Of a stretch of 64,000 nucleotides of DNA, positions 36,837-47,139 are shown piece by piece (the first letter of the stretch is position 1; each line of letters begins with the position of its first letter). A model generated the notes under the pieces. It did no database searches and was not told where the DNA came from. It worked only from the letters and a program-made list of their open reading frames with translations. The translations under genes were made by a program, and so were the position numbers. The stretch comes from an uncultured virus (IMG/VR IMGVR_UViG_3300044213_000175). Taxonomy: Duplodnaviria > Heunggongvirae > Uroviricota > Caudoviricetes. Location: IMG/VR virus record IMGVR_UViG_3300044213_000175; one strand, given 5' to 3'.

Positions 36837-39800
36837 TAATGGATATCAAAGCAATCTTAGAAAAAATGGATAGCATGCTATCTGCCGAAAAACATTCAAC
36901 TGGTCCTAAATTTCCAGGTTATTGGAAGGGTAAAGATCCTGCAAGTAAAGCCAAAAATAAAATGGTAGGCAGCGCAGAAGAAAGTGTTCTACCAGAATTA
37001 TCTAAAACTGCCGACGATACTGCAATTTTACGTAGATTAGAAGATGCATACGATAAATTTAAAAATGTACCCGAAGTTGACTATGATGATCCAACATGGA
37101 TCGCTAGCGTAGATAGATTAAAAAAAATGGCAAGTTCGGGCCCATTAAAAACTGTATGGGACCCCGAGAAGCGAGTTTACAGAAACGTACCAGTTAGTCA
37201 TGAAAAGAAAATAGAAGAATACGGTAACGCCACAGATCCATCTCAACAATCTACCAATGCCGATCAGCAAAATACTGCATCGATCGGTCAACCAACAAAT
37301 GTAATCGGTGCAAATACTGCGGTATCTAGTACACAAACAATTACAGATCCGGCTGCGCTAGCAAAACAGGATCAGCAATCCGCACAACAAACTGCACAGC
37401 AAGTTAAAAATGTATTAGGTACAGATGTACAACCGAATTTAATTGCTAGTGCAATGACCAAAAGCGAGCAAGGTCAACAATTAAATCCTCAAGAATTACA
37501 AACAATGGGCAAAGTCAATCGACTGATAGCACAAGCCGCAAAATCCGGATCATTGGAACCTGCATTACAACAAGCTGGAAAGGCATTGGGGAAATAAAAT
37601 GTTTATATCAGATATTTTTGAAAATGTAAGTCCTATTGATCTAGCAGAAATTTTATTCAATGCTATAGAAAAAAAGTATCCTGAATTGATTACTCGGTAT
37701 GGGCATGAAGTAGTCGGCGATGCGATAATGGATCGCGCCGAAGAAGAAACTAATGTTCATAGTATGGGAGAAGTTGCTATTATCGTTGATGAAATTGTAG
37801 AAGAATTAAAAAATCGTAATCAAGGACAAGATGATATCGATGTGGCGGAAGGCTCCACAGGTGTTAGCGTAAGAAAATGGGCTAATCAAGTTCGCAAAGA
37901 TCATGGCACAGATATCAAATTTGTAAATCGTAAAGAAGGCGGTGGAGCAGTTGATAGCGTGATTGCTAAAAATAGTCAAGGCGAAACTGTAGGAGTTTAT
38001 AATCGTAAAACAGGATATCCTACTGTATTCGAACCAAAGCAAGATGTGGCGGAAGGCGAAGTTGTTCCGTTTAAGCAAAAAAATCCACTAACTCCTAATC
38101 TTATCAAGCAACTCAAAGCACTAAGTCAACAAGCACTGGAATTGTTCTGGGAAGGCTCATACATGCCAACTGCCTTACAAGGTCAAGTAGCACAGTTGGG
38201 CAAGAATGAAGAACAGAGAATGTTCAAACAAAATGAGGCAGCTTTCAAAGCCCTGGGTTACGAATATTCAATAGTAGAAGATAGTCAGGATCTACTATAT
38301 CTACATTCTATTGCTAGAGAAGCATGGTATGATGCTGATAAACTAGCAAATCAATATCGTGGATTACCCGATTTACAATACAATGCGGAAACTAATACAT
38401 TGAGTTATTATGATTTGATAGGCGATGATGGTTATGAATATAACGACAACACTCAGTTTGAAGGTGTGGCGGAAGGCTTAAAGTTTCACGGTGGGTTCCC
38501 TGATGTAGATCATATGCCGGGCCCGGTGATACGCAATGCTGATATGACTACAGATAATGTAAAAACCAAAAATAAGAAAGACTGGGACCGTGCTGTTGAT
38601 AGCATTAACGCCCGAGTATTTGATGACATGGCAGAATTTAGAACTGACAGACACGGTGAGAGTGTTGTTGGTAACAGTGCTGTATGGGCCAAGTGGGACA
38701 ATGCTACACAGACTGGCTGGTTTAATGCTAAAGGTCGTCCATTAAAGCCCTGGCCAGTTAAAGAGCAAGGTGTGGCGGAAGACGGATTTAATAAACCTCT
38801 ATTTAAATCAAAAGAAGATGCTGTAGCGTATGCTAAGGAAAAAGTTAAAACGTTTAGAGATTCATTAGACGGTATTGAAATCTGGGCAATGCCAGATGGC
38901 AGTTTTGATACCGTTGCTACTATGAACTCTAATGGACGAAATCATTGTGTTGCTAATGGCGGGAAAAGACTAGGCGTAATTTATCGCAATCAGCAAGGGG
39001 TAGCGGAAGTCAGTGACAAAACTTTAACTAGTTATCTAACCAACGTAGATGCTGATAGTCGTAAACACAAGAGTGATCCCACAAAGCGTAGCCCAGAAAA
39101 GGCTAATCGCAGTGTTCAAGGATTCAGTCGTGCTTTCAATAAACTAGACGCTCGTAAAGCAACAGACCTTGTTAAAAGAGTTGGCGAAGCAGAAGGTGAT
39201 GAAGAAGGATTACCACACTTAACACCTAAACTAGCAAGTCATATTAGTCAACAAATTGACACTGAAGGTCCACACGCAGTTGATAAAAGCATTAACTGGG
39301 GTGATGGTGCTGCCGAAGAATTACTAGCAAAGATCAAAGAAATGTTAGATGACTATGCCGGAATAAAGACAGAAGCGGCAAAGATGTTTGAAGCATTTGA
39401 GGAATATGTAGAAGCTAACAATCTGAGTGAGAATGTATATGACACGTATTCCGACGAACAGATTATTACAGAAGTGGCGGCTTGGCAAAAGAAATCTGGT
39501 AAAAATAAAAATGGCGGATTAAATAAAAAGGGTGTAGCAAGTTATCGTAGAGAACATCCCGGTAGCAAACTACAAACTGCGGTAACAACAAAGCCAAGCA
39601 AACTTAAAAAAGGTTCGAAGGCAGCAAAGCGCCGTAAATCATTCTGTGCTAGAATGGGTGGTATGAAAGGCCCTATGAAGGACGAACACGGTAAACCGAC
39701 ACGCAAAGCATTAGCATTGCGTAAATGGCATTGTGAAAGCGTCGAGCAATTTGAGTCATTGATTCAACAAACTATTCTCGAAGCAGGAATTACAAAAAGT

Positions 39801-40260
39801 TTACATACACAAAATCCATGCTGGAAAGGTTATCATCCAGTAGGTACTAAGAAAAAAGGTGGACGTACTGTTCCTAACTGTGTGCCAACTAGCGAAGCTG
39901 CCAATCCAGCACAGCAGGCCGCTGTTGCTATTGCCAAAAAGAAAAAGCAAGGTGTGGCGGAAGGCAAAGATACTACCCCGCCAGGTTCGCCTGCTTGGAA
40001 AGATGGATATAGAGCAGGACTTAAAGATACTACCAACAAAAAGCCAGTGGGATCTTACGCATATTGTGATGGCTGGAAAGCAGCTAAGAAAAAACAAGGT
40101 GTGGCGGAAAACACAGGAGTCACCGATTACAATCCTAAAAGTCAAGGTGGCACACGCAAAGAGTTGTTGGCAAAATACCACAAGACCAAAAACCATAAAG
40201 ATGCTGAAGCTGCTAGAAAAGCAGGCGCCACACAAAAAGAGTTACAAGGTGTGGCGGAAG
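36528..40260 (+). repeat. dispersed in-frame repeat CAAGGTGTGGCGGAAG (QGVAE)
   Basis: Exact TGTGGCGGAA at 36533, 37841, 38045, 38465, 38771, 39953, 40100 and 40250; variants at 38994 and 36717. Confidence 0.92.
36839..37597 (+). CDS. putative internal head protein
   Basis: MDIKAILE leader; Gln-rich C-terminus. Confidence 0.55.
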   Translation: MDIKAILEKMDSMLSAEKHSTGPKFPGYWKGKDPASKAKNKMVGSAEESVLPELSKTADDTAILRRLEDAYDKFKNVPEVDYDDPTWIASVDRLKKMASSGPLKTVWDPEKRVYRNVPVSHEKKIEEYGNATDPSQQSTNADQQNTASIGQPTNVIGANTAVSSTQTITDPAALAKQDQQSAQQTAQQVKNVLGTDVQPNLIASAMTKSEQGQQLNPQELQTMGKVNRLIAQAAKSGSLEPALQQAGKALGK

Positions 40261-40904
40261 AACAACTCAATGAATTGGATCTGTTTGACAAACAAAAATC
40301 ATATTTTAAAATGGGGAATGGGCAATGGATAGTTGCCAACTATAGAAATGTCGGCTCGTTGAACGGCCCTGCATACGATCAAACATTTTTTAAATCGTTA
40401 CAATGGTTACCACAAAATGTTTCTCAGGCATTAGGTCTCGATTCAAAATTAGCAAATAAAGGTCCTTATGTGACCAACCTTTACGACTTTACTGACAAAA
40501 ATGCGTTAGATTATAGTAACGCAAATAAAGAGTTAATTGATGCTATAGAGAATTGGGTTGTTAAAAATCCTCCCGCTGCACCGTCTAAAGTTCAGCAAGG
40601 CGTAACAAAAGTGCAAGACCTTGCCGAAACTCGTTTGTACTACACAATTAAAGCAACATTAACCGAAAGTTTAATCAATGATTTTAATATGAAACAAGAC
40701 ACCGACGGTTGGTATTTGACTACAGAATCTGGCAGATATTCGATATTAGAAGCACATAGAGCATTCGGTGCGCCCAAAATTAAAGAAGTTAAGTTAAAAG
40801 AAGTTAACATAAATCTAGCAGACTTTACAGGTAGTGCAGCTACCGTTGGTTCACAAAATAATATAAGCCCAATTGGAAGTAAAAAAACAAATAAAGGTTT
40901 TTAA
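37599..40904 (+). CDS. large modular protein with QGVAE linkers (putative internal head polyprotein)
   Basis: 1101 aa; unrelated segments separated by 8 [GD]VAE linkers; includes basic modules. Confidence 0.8.
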   Translation: MFISDIFENVSPIDLAEILFNAIEKKYPELITRYGHEVVGDAIMDRAEEETNVHSMGEVAIIVDEIVEELKNRNQGQDDIDVAEGSTGVSVRKWANQVRKDHGTDIKFVNRKEGGGAVDSVIAKNSQGETVGVYNRKTGYPTVFEPKQDVAEGEVVPFKQKNPLTPNLIKQLKALSQQALELFWEGSYMPTALQGQVAQLGKNEEQRMFKQNEAAFKALGYEYSIVEDSQDLLYLHSIAREAWYDADKLANQYRGLPDLQYNAETNTLSYYDLIGDDGYEYNDNTQFEGVAEGLKFHGGFPDVDHMPGPVIRNADMTTDNVKTKNKKDWDRAVDSINARVFDDMAEFRTDRHGESVVGNSAVWAKWDNATQTGWFNAKGRPLKPWPVKEQGVAEDGFNKPLFKSKEDAVAYAKEKVKTFRDSLDGIEIWAMPDGSFDTVATMNSNGRNHCVANGGKRLGVIYRNQQGVAEVSDKTLTSYLTNVDADSRKHKSDPTKRSPEKANRSVQGFSRAFNKLDARKATDLVKRVGEAEGDEEGLPHLTPKLASHISQQIDTEGPHAVDKSINWGDGAAEELLAKIKEMLDDYAGIKTEAAKMFEAFEEYVEANNLSENVYDTYSDEQIITEVAAWQKKSGKNKNGGLNKKGVASYRREHPGSKLQTAVTTKPSKLKKGSKAAKRRKSFCARMGGMKGPMKDEHGKPTRKALALRKWHCESVEQFESLIQQTILEAGITKSLHTQNPCWKGYHPVGTKKKGGRTVPNCVPTSEAANPAQQAAVAIAKKKKQGVAEGKDTTPPGSPAWKDGYRAGLKDTTNKKPVGSYAYCDGWKAAKKKQGVAENTGVTDYNPKSQGGTRKELLAKYHKTKNHKDAEAARKAGATQKELQGVAEEQLNELDLFDKQKSYFKMGNGQWIVANYRNVGSLNGPAYDQTFFKSLQWLPQNVSQALGLDSKLANKGPYVTNLYDFTDKNALDYSNANKELIDAIENWVVKNPPAAPSKVQQGVTKVQDLAETRLYYTIKATLTESLINDFNMKQDTDGWYLTTESGRYSILEAHRAFGAPKIKEVKLKEVNINLADFTGSAATVGSQNNISPIGSKKTNKGF

Positions 40905-40912
40905 AACAAAAG

Positions 40913-41005
40913 AACACCCTTAGGACCGGTATTAAGTTACCGAAGTGTGCGCCGGCTGCTGGCGCGGGACGATTGAATTCGCTACTCATACTCCCGGAAG
41001 TGAGC
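40913..41005 (+). ncRNA. candidate structured RNA, unassigned
   Basis: GC-rich intergenic island with several complementary stems. Confidence 0.5.
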
Positions 41006-41024
41006 AAAATAACTCAAAAATATA

Positions 41025-41053
41025 TTGATCTCCATATAGAGTTAATATACAAT
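41025..41053 (+). promoter_or_regulatory. sigma70-type promoter
   Basis: TTGATC-N17-TACAAT. Confidence 0.55.
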
Positions 41054-41076
41054 ATACTTTTATTCAAGGAACTTTT

Positions 41077-41343
41077 ATGACTGATTACACACGTAGTTTC
41101 AACGGCGAAGCTAAAATCAAACTTACTCAACTTATTAATGAAGGCATGGCTGTTCTTCAAGAAGTAGAAGATTTGAACACCGGTCTCAATGAGACTATCA
41201 AAGCCATTGCAGAAGAATTGGAAATTAAACCAGCTACACTTAAAAAAGCAGTTAAAATTGCACACAAAGCCAAACTAGGCGAGACCAATCGAGATCATGA
41301 CGAATTGAATACTATTCTGGAAACCGTAGGTAAAACACTTTGA
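41077..41343 (+). CDS. T4 DsbA-like double-stranded DNA-binding protein
   Basis: 88 aa, helical; IKAIAEELEIKPATLKKAVKIAHK. Confidence 0.7.
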   Translation: MTDYTRSFNGEAKIKLTQLINEGMAVLQEVEDLNTGLNETIKAIAEELEIKPATLKKAVKIAHKAKLGETNRDHDELNTILETVGKTL

Positions 41344-41630
41344 AAGATATACTGTCAAATATTGTCGAGTGGATAAGAAATGATTGGAATAGTAACAAGT
41401 TTCGCTTTATTGTCGAGTTGCTTGCTTGGGCTATTAGTATTAGCTGTAGCATCACAATGGCCCTTACGGTCCCTAATCCACCTCTTATGGTCCTATATCC
41501 TATTTGGATTAGTGGTTGTGCTATGTACGCTTGGGCTGCTTACACTAGGAAGAGCTTTGGAATGCTCGCCAACTATCTACTACTTGTTTCAATCGACTCT
41601 GTCGGCTTGATTAGGATGTTAGCAAATTGA
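41340..41630 (+). CDS. small membrane protein
   Basis: Three hydrophobic segments. Confidence 0.7.
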   Translation: MKDILSNIVEWIRNDWNSNKFRFIVELLAWAISISCSITMALTVPNPPLMVLYPIWISGCAMYAWAAYTRKSFGMLANYLLLVSIDSVGLIRMLAN

Positions 41631-44287
41631 GCTTCGTTGATGCTTTATACGATAGACAAAGAGATAAAATTCACGTTGTAGAACGTGTAAATGGTGAACG
41701 GGTATATCAAGAATATCCCGCGAACTACATATTTTATTATGATGACCCAAAAGGTAAACACCATACAATTTATGGTACCTCGGTAACTAAATTCTCTACT
41801 CGCAATAGCAAAGAATTTCATAAAGAATTAAAAATTCAAAGCGGGAAAAGGATTTGGGAAAGCGATTTTAAACCGGTACTCAGATGCTTGGAGGATAATT
41901 ATCTCAATGCAGAACCGCCCAAATTACATACCGCATTTTTCGACATTGAAGTAGATTTTGATCCTGTACGTGGGTTTAGTCCGACGTCAGACCCATTTAA
42001 TAAAATTACTGCAATTTCTGTTTATTTGGATTGGTTAGATAAACTAGTGACAATGGTTATACCACCAAAAAGTATGTCTTGGGAGACTGCTGAAGAAATT
42101 TCAGCAAAATTTGACGATACATATATTTTCGAACGGGAAGAAGATCTATTAGATACCTTTTTAAATTTAATCGATGATGCAGATATTTTAAGTGGCTGGA
42201 ACAGCGAAGGGTATGATATTCCCTATACCATTGGTCGTATTACTCGAGTTTTAAGTAAGGATGATACCAGACGTTTATGTCTATGGGGGCAGTTTCCTAA
42301 ACAACGAGAATTTGAACGATTTGGCGCAACTAATATCACTTTCGATTTGATCGGTCGTGTGCATTTGGACTATATGCAACTATATCGTAAGTATACCTAT
42401 GAAGAACGACATAGTTATAGTTTGGATGCTATCGGCGAGTACGAACTTGAAGAAAGAAAGACAGCCTATGAAGGCACATTAGATCAACTTTATAATAAAG
42501 ACTTTGAAACATTTATTGCATATAACAGACAAGATACACGTCTGTTAGCAAAACTGGATAGAAAACTACGTTTTCTAGATTTGGCAAATACCATTGCTCA
42601 CGATAACACGGTGTTATTGCCGACAACAATGGGTGCCGTAGCAACTACAGAGCAGGCAATTATAAATGAAGCACATAGTCAAGGACTGGTCGTTCCTAAT
42701 CGAAAAGGCCGAGAAGAAGACGTCGACACCCAGGCAGCAGGTGCCTACGTTGCTTACCCAAAACGGGGTATGCACGAATGGATCGGCGCGATTGACATCA
42801 ACTCGCTCTATCCCTCGGCTATTCGAGCCCTTAACATGGGACCGGAAACTATCGTCGGACAACTCCGACAAACAATGACCGATAATTATATTAAAGATAA
42901 AATAAATTCAGGCGATAGCTTTGCGGCGGCATGGGAAGGATTGTTCGGCAGTTTAGAATACGATGCTGTAATGCGCGGAGATCCCGGAGTAGAAATTACT
43001 ATAGATTGGGAGGTCGGCGGCAGCGATATATTAAGCGCATCCAACGTATGGCGTTTAATCTTCGACAGTAACCGTCCTTGGACTTTAAGTGCAAATGGCA
43101 CCATATTCACCCACGAACGAAAAGGCATTATTCCAGGTTTGCTAGAACGGTGGTATGCAGAACGTAAACAAATGCAGGCTAAACTTAAAGAATCGACTAC
43201 TACAGAAGATCAAGAGTATTGGGACAAACGTCAGTTAGTTAAGAAGATTAACTTGAACAGTCTCTACGGTGCTATTCTTAATCCGGGCTGTAGATTTTTC
43301 GATCAGCGAATCGGTCAATCCACTACATTGACTGGCAGACTTATTGCCAAACATATGGATAGTTTCGTCAATGAAGCAATTACCGGACAGTATGATCACG
43401 TAGGCGATGCTGTAATTTATGGTGATACTGACTCTGTTTATTTCAGTGCGTGGCCTGCTATTAAAGCGGATGTCGAAGCCGGGCGAATGGAATGGAATAA
43501 AGATATCTGTATTCAAGTATATGACAACATAGCAGATCAAGTCAATGAATCATTCCCGGCATTTATGGAAAAGGCTTGTCATTGCCCGAGACAGAACGGC
43601 GCGATCATTAAAGGCGGTCGTGAAATTGTTGCATCAAAAGGCCTTTTTATTAAAAAGAAAAGATATGCTGTTCTTATCTATGATAAAGAAGGTAAACGAG
43701 TCGATGTAAAAAATTCTCCCGGCAAAGTAAAAGCCATGGGATTAGATTTAAAAAGGTCAGACACTCCCAAAATTGTACAAGACTTTTTAAGTGATATTCT
43801 ATTAGATGTATTGACCGGTGCACAAAAAGAAGAAATCATCGAAAAAGTAAAGGATTTTAAATATCAATTCCAAAAGAGACCTCCCTGGGAAAAGGGCACA
43901 CCCAAACGTGTAAACAACTTGACCAAGTACACCGCGGCAGAAGTTGCACAAGGCAAAGCAAATATGCCCGGCCACGTTCGTGCTGCAATGAATTGGAACA
44001 ATCTACGCAGAATGCACAGTGATAACTACTCAATGCAAATCGTAGATGGTATGAAAGTCATTGTATGCAAAGTTAAGGATAATCCATTGGGGTATACTAG
44101 TGTTGCGTACCCGACAGATGAGACACACATACCTGCATGGTTTAAAAACTTGCCGTTCGATGACAATAATATGGAAGATACTATTGTAGATCAAAAAGTA
44201 GAAAACTTGTTAGGTGTGCTCGAATGGAACTTATCCGAAGCCACTGACATTAGATCAACATTTACTACATTGTTTAGCTTTGAATGA
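41627..44287 (+). CDS. family B DNA polymerase
   Basis: Exo DIE, GWNSEGYD, DINSLYPS, KINLNSLYG, YGDTDS and KKRY. Confidence 0.97.
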   Translation: MSFVDALYDRQRDKIHVVERVNGERVYQEYPANYIFYYDDPKGKHHTIYGTSVTKFSTRNSKEFHKELKIQSGKRIWESDFKPVLRCLEDNYLNAEPPKLHTAFFDIEVDFDPVRGFSPTSDPFNKITAISVYLDWLDKLVTMVIPPKSMSWETAEEISAKFDDTYIFEREEDLLDTFLNLIDDADILSGWNSEGYDIPYTIGRITRVLSKDDTRRLCLWGQFPKQREFERFGATNITFDLIGRVHLDYMQLYRKYTYEERHSYSLDAIGEYELEERKTAYEGTLDQLYNKDFETFIAYNRQDTRLLAKLDRKLRFLDLANTIAHDNTVLLPTTMGAVATTEQAIINEAHSQGLVVPNRKGREEDVDTQAAGAYVAYPKRGMHEWIGAIDINSLYPSAIRALNMGPETIVGQLRQTMTDNYIKDKINSGDSFAAAWEGLFGSLEYDAVMRGDPGVEITIDWEVGGSDILSASNVWRLIFDSNRPWTLSANGTIFTHERKGIIPGLLERWYAERKQMQAKLKESTTTEDQEYWDKRQLVKKINLNSLYGAILNPGCRFFDQRIGQSTTLTGRLIAKHMDSFVNEAITGQYDHVGDAVIYGDTDSVYFSAWPAIKADVEAGRMEWNKDICIQVYDNIADQVNESFPAFMEKACHCPRQNGAIIKGGREIVASKGLFIKKKRYAVLIYDKEGKRVDVKNSPGKVKAMGLDLKRSDTPKIVQDFLSDILLDVLTGAQKEEIIEKVKDFKYQFQKRPPWEKGTPKRVNNLTKYTAAEVAQGKANMPGHVRAAMNWNNLRRMHSDNYSMQIVDGMKVIVCKVKDNPLGYTSVAYPTDETHIPAWFKNLPFDDNNMEDTIVDQKVENLLGVLEWNLSEATDIRSTFTTLFSFE

Positions 44288-44288
44288 T

Positions 44289-45407
44289 ATGAAAAAAATA
44301 ATCCCACTGATAAATGTTAATGCATCAGTGTATCAACAACGTCAATTTCTTACCGCCAATGATGTCGCCGACGACCATCTATATGCATACACTACCAGGA
44401 ACATGACCTTTGATAAAGACTTAAATCTAAAAGGTCAGTATTGCTATCATCCATTTAATACAATCACTGTCGATGGATTCGGCGATATTTATATGTGTAT
44501 ATGCCAAGCATGGCTTCCAGTCAGCGTGGGCAAAATTTGGGAATTTGATTCGTTTGAAGCAATAGTAGAATGTGCAAGGGCTCGAGAAATCCAATCTAGT
44601 ATACTAGACGGTACTTATAAATATTGCGACCATAATACTTGTAGTATCATTAAAGAAGGCGAGCTAAGTAATAGGATTAATCACCGACCCGATACCATCA
44701 ATTGGATTAACTTTAGTTTGGATAATAGTTGTAATTTAACTTGTCCCAGTTGCAGAACAGAATTTAAATTTATAAGTGACGGTATCGAATATGATCGTCG
44801 AATGAAAATTGTCGATCATATGGTAAATCTATTAGAAAATCATAATCACTGGATTAAGTTTACATTGGCAGGAGATGGGGATCCTTTCGCCAGTTTAATC
44901 TATAGACAGCTGATGTCAAAATTAGATCTATCTAAGAATAATAATACGGTAGAAATAGAAATAATTACCAATGGAGTATTGGCCAAAGCACATTGGCATA
45001 AACTGTCTGGTATTCACAAAAACTTGGTCCGAACAAAAATAAGTTTTGACGCAGGAACAGAATCTGTTTATAATATTACTCGAAGGGGCGGAGATTGGAA
45101 TAAATTATTGGAAAGTTCAACGTTCCTTGCTAACTGGAAACAAAAAACATATAGTAACATGATATTAACTGCAAATTTTGTTGTGCAAACTGCAAATTAT
45201 CAAGATATGCCGGCATACGTTGAGCTATGCGATAGTTTAGGGTTTAACGAAATTAATTTTCAAAAAATCGTCGATTGGGGAACTTTTGATAATTTCAAAG
45301 ATCAAGCTGTTTGGATGGATAGTCACCCATTGTATCAGGATTTTTTGTCAGTGTTGCAACATCCTAGTTTAAATAATAAAAAAATTAACTTTACAAATTT
45401 AAAATGA
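44289..45407 (+). CDS. radical SAM protein with N-terminal Cys-rich domain
   Basis: CNLTCPSC, GDPF; N-terminal CYHPF...CIC. Confidence 0.85.
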   Translation: MKKIIPLINVNASVYQQRQFLTANDVADDHLYAYTTRNMTFDKDLNLKGQYCYHPFNTITVDGFGDIYMCICQAWLPVSVGKIWEFDSFEAIVECARAREIQSSILDGTYKYCDHNTCSIIKEGELSNRINHRPDTINWINFSLDNSCNLTCPSCRTEFKFISDGIEYDRRMKIVDHMVNLLENHNHWIKFTLAGDGDPFASLIYRQLMSKLDLSKNNNTVEIEIITNGVLAKAHWHKLSGIHKNLVRTKISFDAGTESVYNITRRGGDWNKLLESSTFLANWKQKTYSNMILTANFVVQTANYQDMPAYVELCDSLGFNEINFQKIVDWGTFDNFKDQAVWMDSHPLYQDFLSVLQHPSLNNKKINFTNLK

Positions 45408-46363
45408 AATTAAGCGACCTTGTTAGATTAAGAAATCGAATTCAACAACTAAATTTTCAAAAACTCCGCGATAGTTTAGAAAATTTAGATGCAGATCTTT
45501 CTAGTATCAATAGTTTAGAAATGCAGAATGATTGTAAAAATTACCTTGACAATATTCTATCTTTAGTTGACACCGCCGAGCAAAAATTGGATATGTTTAT
45601 CGATAACAAATTCACCATAATTAATAATATCCAAAATCAAATTGACGAAAAAGCTAAACCATTTATGTCATTGGGTTATAAGATTGGAGATTTTTATGGC
45701 TCCAATTTAACAGATGTTGCCACTGAAAGAAATAATCGACAATTGCCGATCACCGACCATGAACGAACTATTATTCAAGGCGTTGCAAAGTCGTATACTA
45801 ATTGGAAATACCCGTGTTTAGAAATAGGCCCAGGTGATGGTGAGTGGACTCAACAATTGGTCGGTGGTGAACCATTATATATCATAGACAGACATCCGGA
45901 ATTTATCGACAGTACAAAAAGCAAATTCAATCAGATGTTTGGCAACCGTATACGAACATATATTTCAGGATCTGCAGCCAATAAACCGGAATTCGACTTC
46001 AGTGAATTACCTAAAAATACATTTGGGTTTATTTTTGCGTGGAATGTTATAAATCATTGGCCATTTAACGAAACCAAACAGTCTTTAAAACAATTTTTTG
46101 AAATGTTGCGACCGGGCGGAACAATGATGTTTAGTTACAATAATTGCGATTTACCTGAGTGTATAGAATTAGTAGAAAATGGTTTTAGAACTTATATCCC
46201 AAAATCGCTGTTGACCCACGCTGTGATAGAAATGGGTTTCGAAATTACTAATCATCATTCGACCAGTATTCATGTGCATTGGATTGAAATCAAAAAACCA
46301 GGTACACTGAATTCTATCAAACTGCATCCCACGTTAGGGAAAATTAGTCGAGCAACCGCTTGA
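45404..46363 (+). CDS. class I SAM-dependent methyltransferase-like protein
   Basis: LEIGPGDG and MLRPGG; N-terminal coiled coil. Confidence 0.8.
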   Translation: MKLSDLVRLRNRIQQLNFQKLRDSLENLDADLSSINSLEMQNDCKNYLDNILSLVDTAEQKLDMFIDNKFTIINNIQNQIDEKAKPFMSLGYKIGDFYGSNLTDVATERNNRQLPITDHERTIIQGVAKSYTNWKYPCLEIGPGDGEWTQQLVGGEPLYIIDRHPEFIDSTKSKFNQMFGNRIRTYISGSAANKPEFDFSELPKNTFGFIFAWNVINHWPFNETKQSLKQFFEMLRPGGTMMFSYNNCDLPECIELVENGFRTYIPKSLLTHAVIEMGFEITNHHSTSIHVHWIEIKKPGTLNSIKLHPTLGKISRATA

Positions 46364-46388
46364 CAAATCTAAATAATCTATATAAAAT
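46360..46388 (+). promoter_or_regulatory. sigma70-type promoter with nested TAAATA
   Basis: TTGACA-N17-TAAAAT. Confidence 0.65.
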
Positions 46389-46407
46389 AATCTTACTAGG
46401 AGAAATT

Positions 46408-47139
46408 ATGAAAGACCATCTATTAGATATAGTACAGCATACACACGGACTGGGTGTCATTGACTTAGTTAAAATTGTGGGCTCAGATTCTGAAACCAAA
46501 TTAGAAGCCGTTGCAGAAAATCGCAGTGTTATTCTACAGGCCAAATTTAAGGGGACTGTGGGCGAATTTGTTGGTACATTCGGTATGCCAAATTTAGGTA
46601 AACTGAATACCATCCTTAATATTCCAGAATATAAAGAAGATGCCAATATTACCGTTGCTCGTCAAGACAAAGACGGCGAGCAAGTTCCAGTGGGTATTCA
46701 CTTCGAAAATAAAGTAGGCGACTTTAAAAACGATTATCGTTTTATGTCAGCAGAAATTGTTAATGATAAACTAAAAACTGTTCGCATGAAGCCAGTTAAG
46801 TGGGACGTTGATATCATTCCGGCCGCAGTAAATATTCAACGATTGAAGTTCCAAGCTAGTGCTAATAGCGAAGAAAATTATTTTATTGCAAAAATAGAAA
46901 ATGGCGATTTAAAATTTTACTTCGGTGACCACAGTAGTCACGCAGGTAACTTTGTGTTTGCTAACGGAGTTAGTGGTAAACTTAATAAGTCGTGGGCTTG
47001 GCCAGTGGCTGTTGTTATCAGTATCTTGAGCTTGCCTGGAGATAAGACCTTCAAAATCAGTGACGAAGGAGCAACAATGATTACTGTGGACAGCGGTATT
47101 GCTGAATACAATTATATCTTACCGGCACAGACTAAATGA
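46408..47139 (+). CDS. probable sliding clamp (gp45/PCNA-like)
   Basis: About 243 aa, alternating alpha/beta pattern ending YNYILPA; near polB; AGGAG before MKDHLL. Confidence 0.55.
   Translation: MKDHLLDIVQHTHGLGVIDLVKIVGSDSETKLEAVAENRSVILQAKFKGTVGEFVGTFGMPNLGKLNTILNIPEYKEDANITVARQDKDGEQVPVGIHFENKVGDFKNDYRFMSAEIVNDKLKTVRMKPVKWDVDIIPAAVNIQRLKFQASANSEENYFIAKIENGDLKFYFGDHSSHAGNFVFANGVSGKLNKSWAWPVAVVISILSLPGDKTFKISDEGATMITVDSGIAEYNYILPAQTK

Noticed and set aside
36528..40260. QGVAE repeats as CRISPR, DGR or simple tandem duplication
   Set aside because: They are in frame, irregularly spaced and separated by unrelated sequence; no reverse transcriptase or template/variable repeat pair was seen.
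40913..41005. tRNA
   Set aside because: No cloverleaf, T-loop GTTC or acceptor stem was recognised.
41627..44287. Intein or intron in the DNA polymerase
   Set aside because: Continuous 886-aa ORF with normally spaced motifs.
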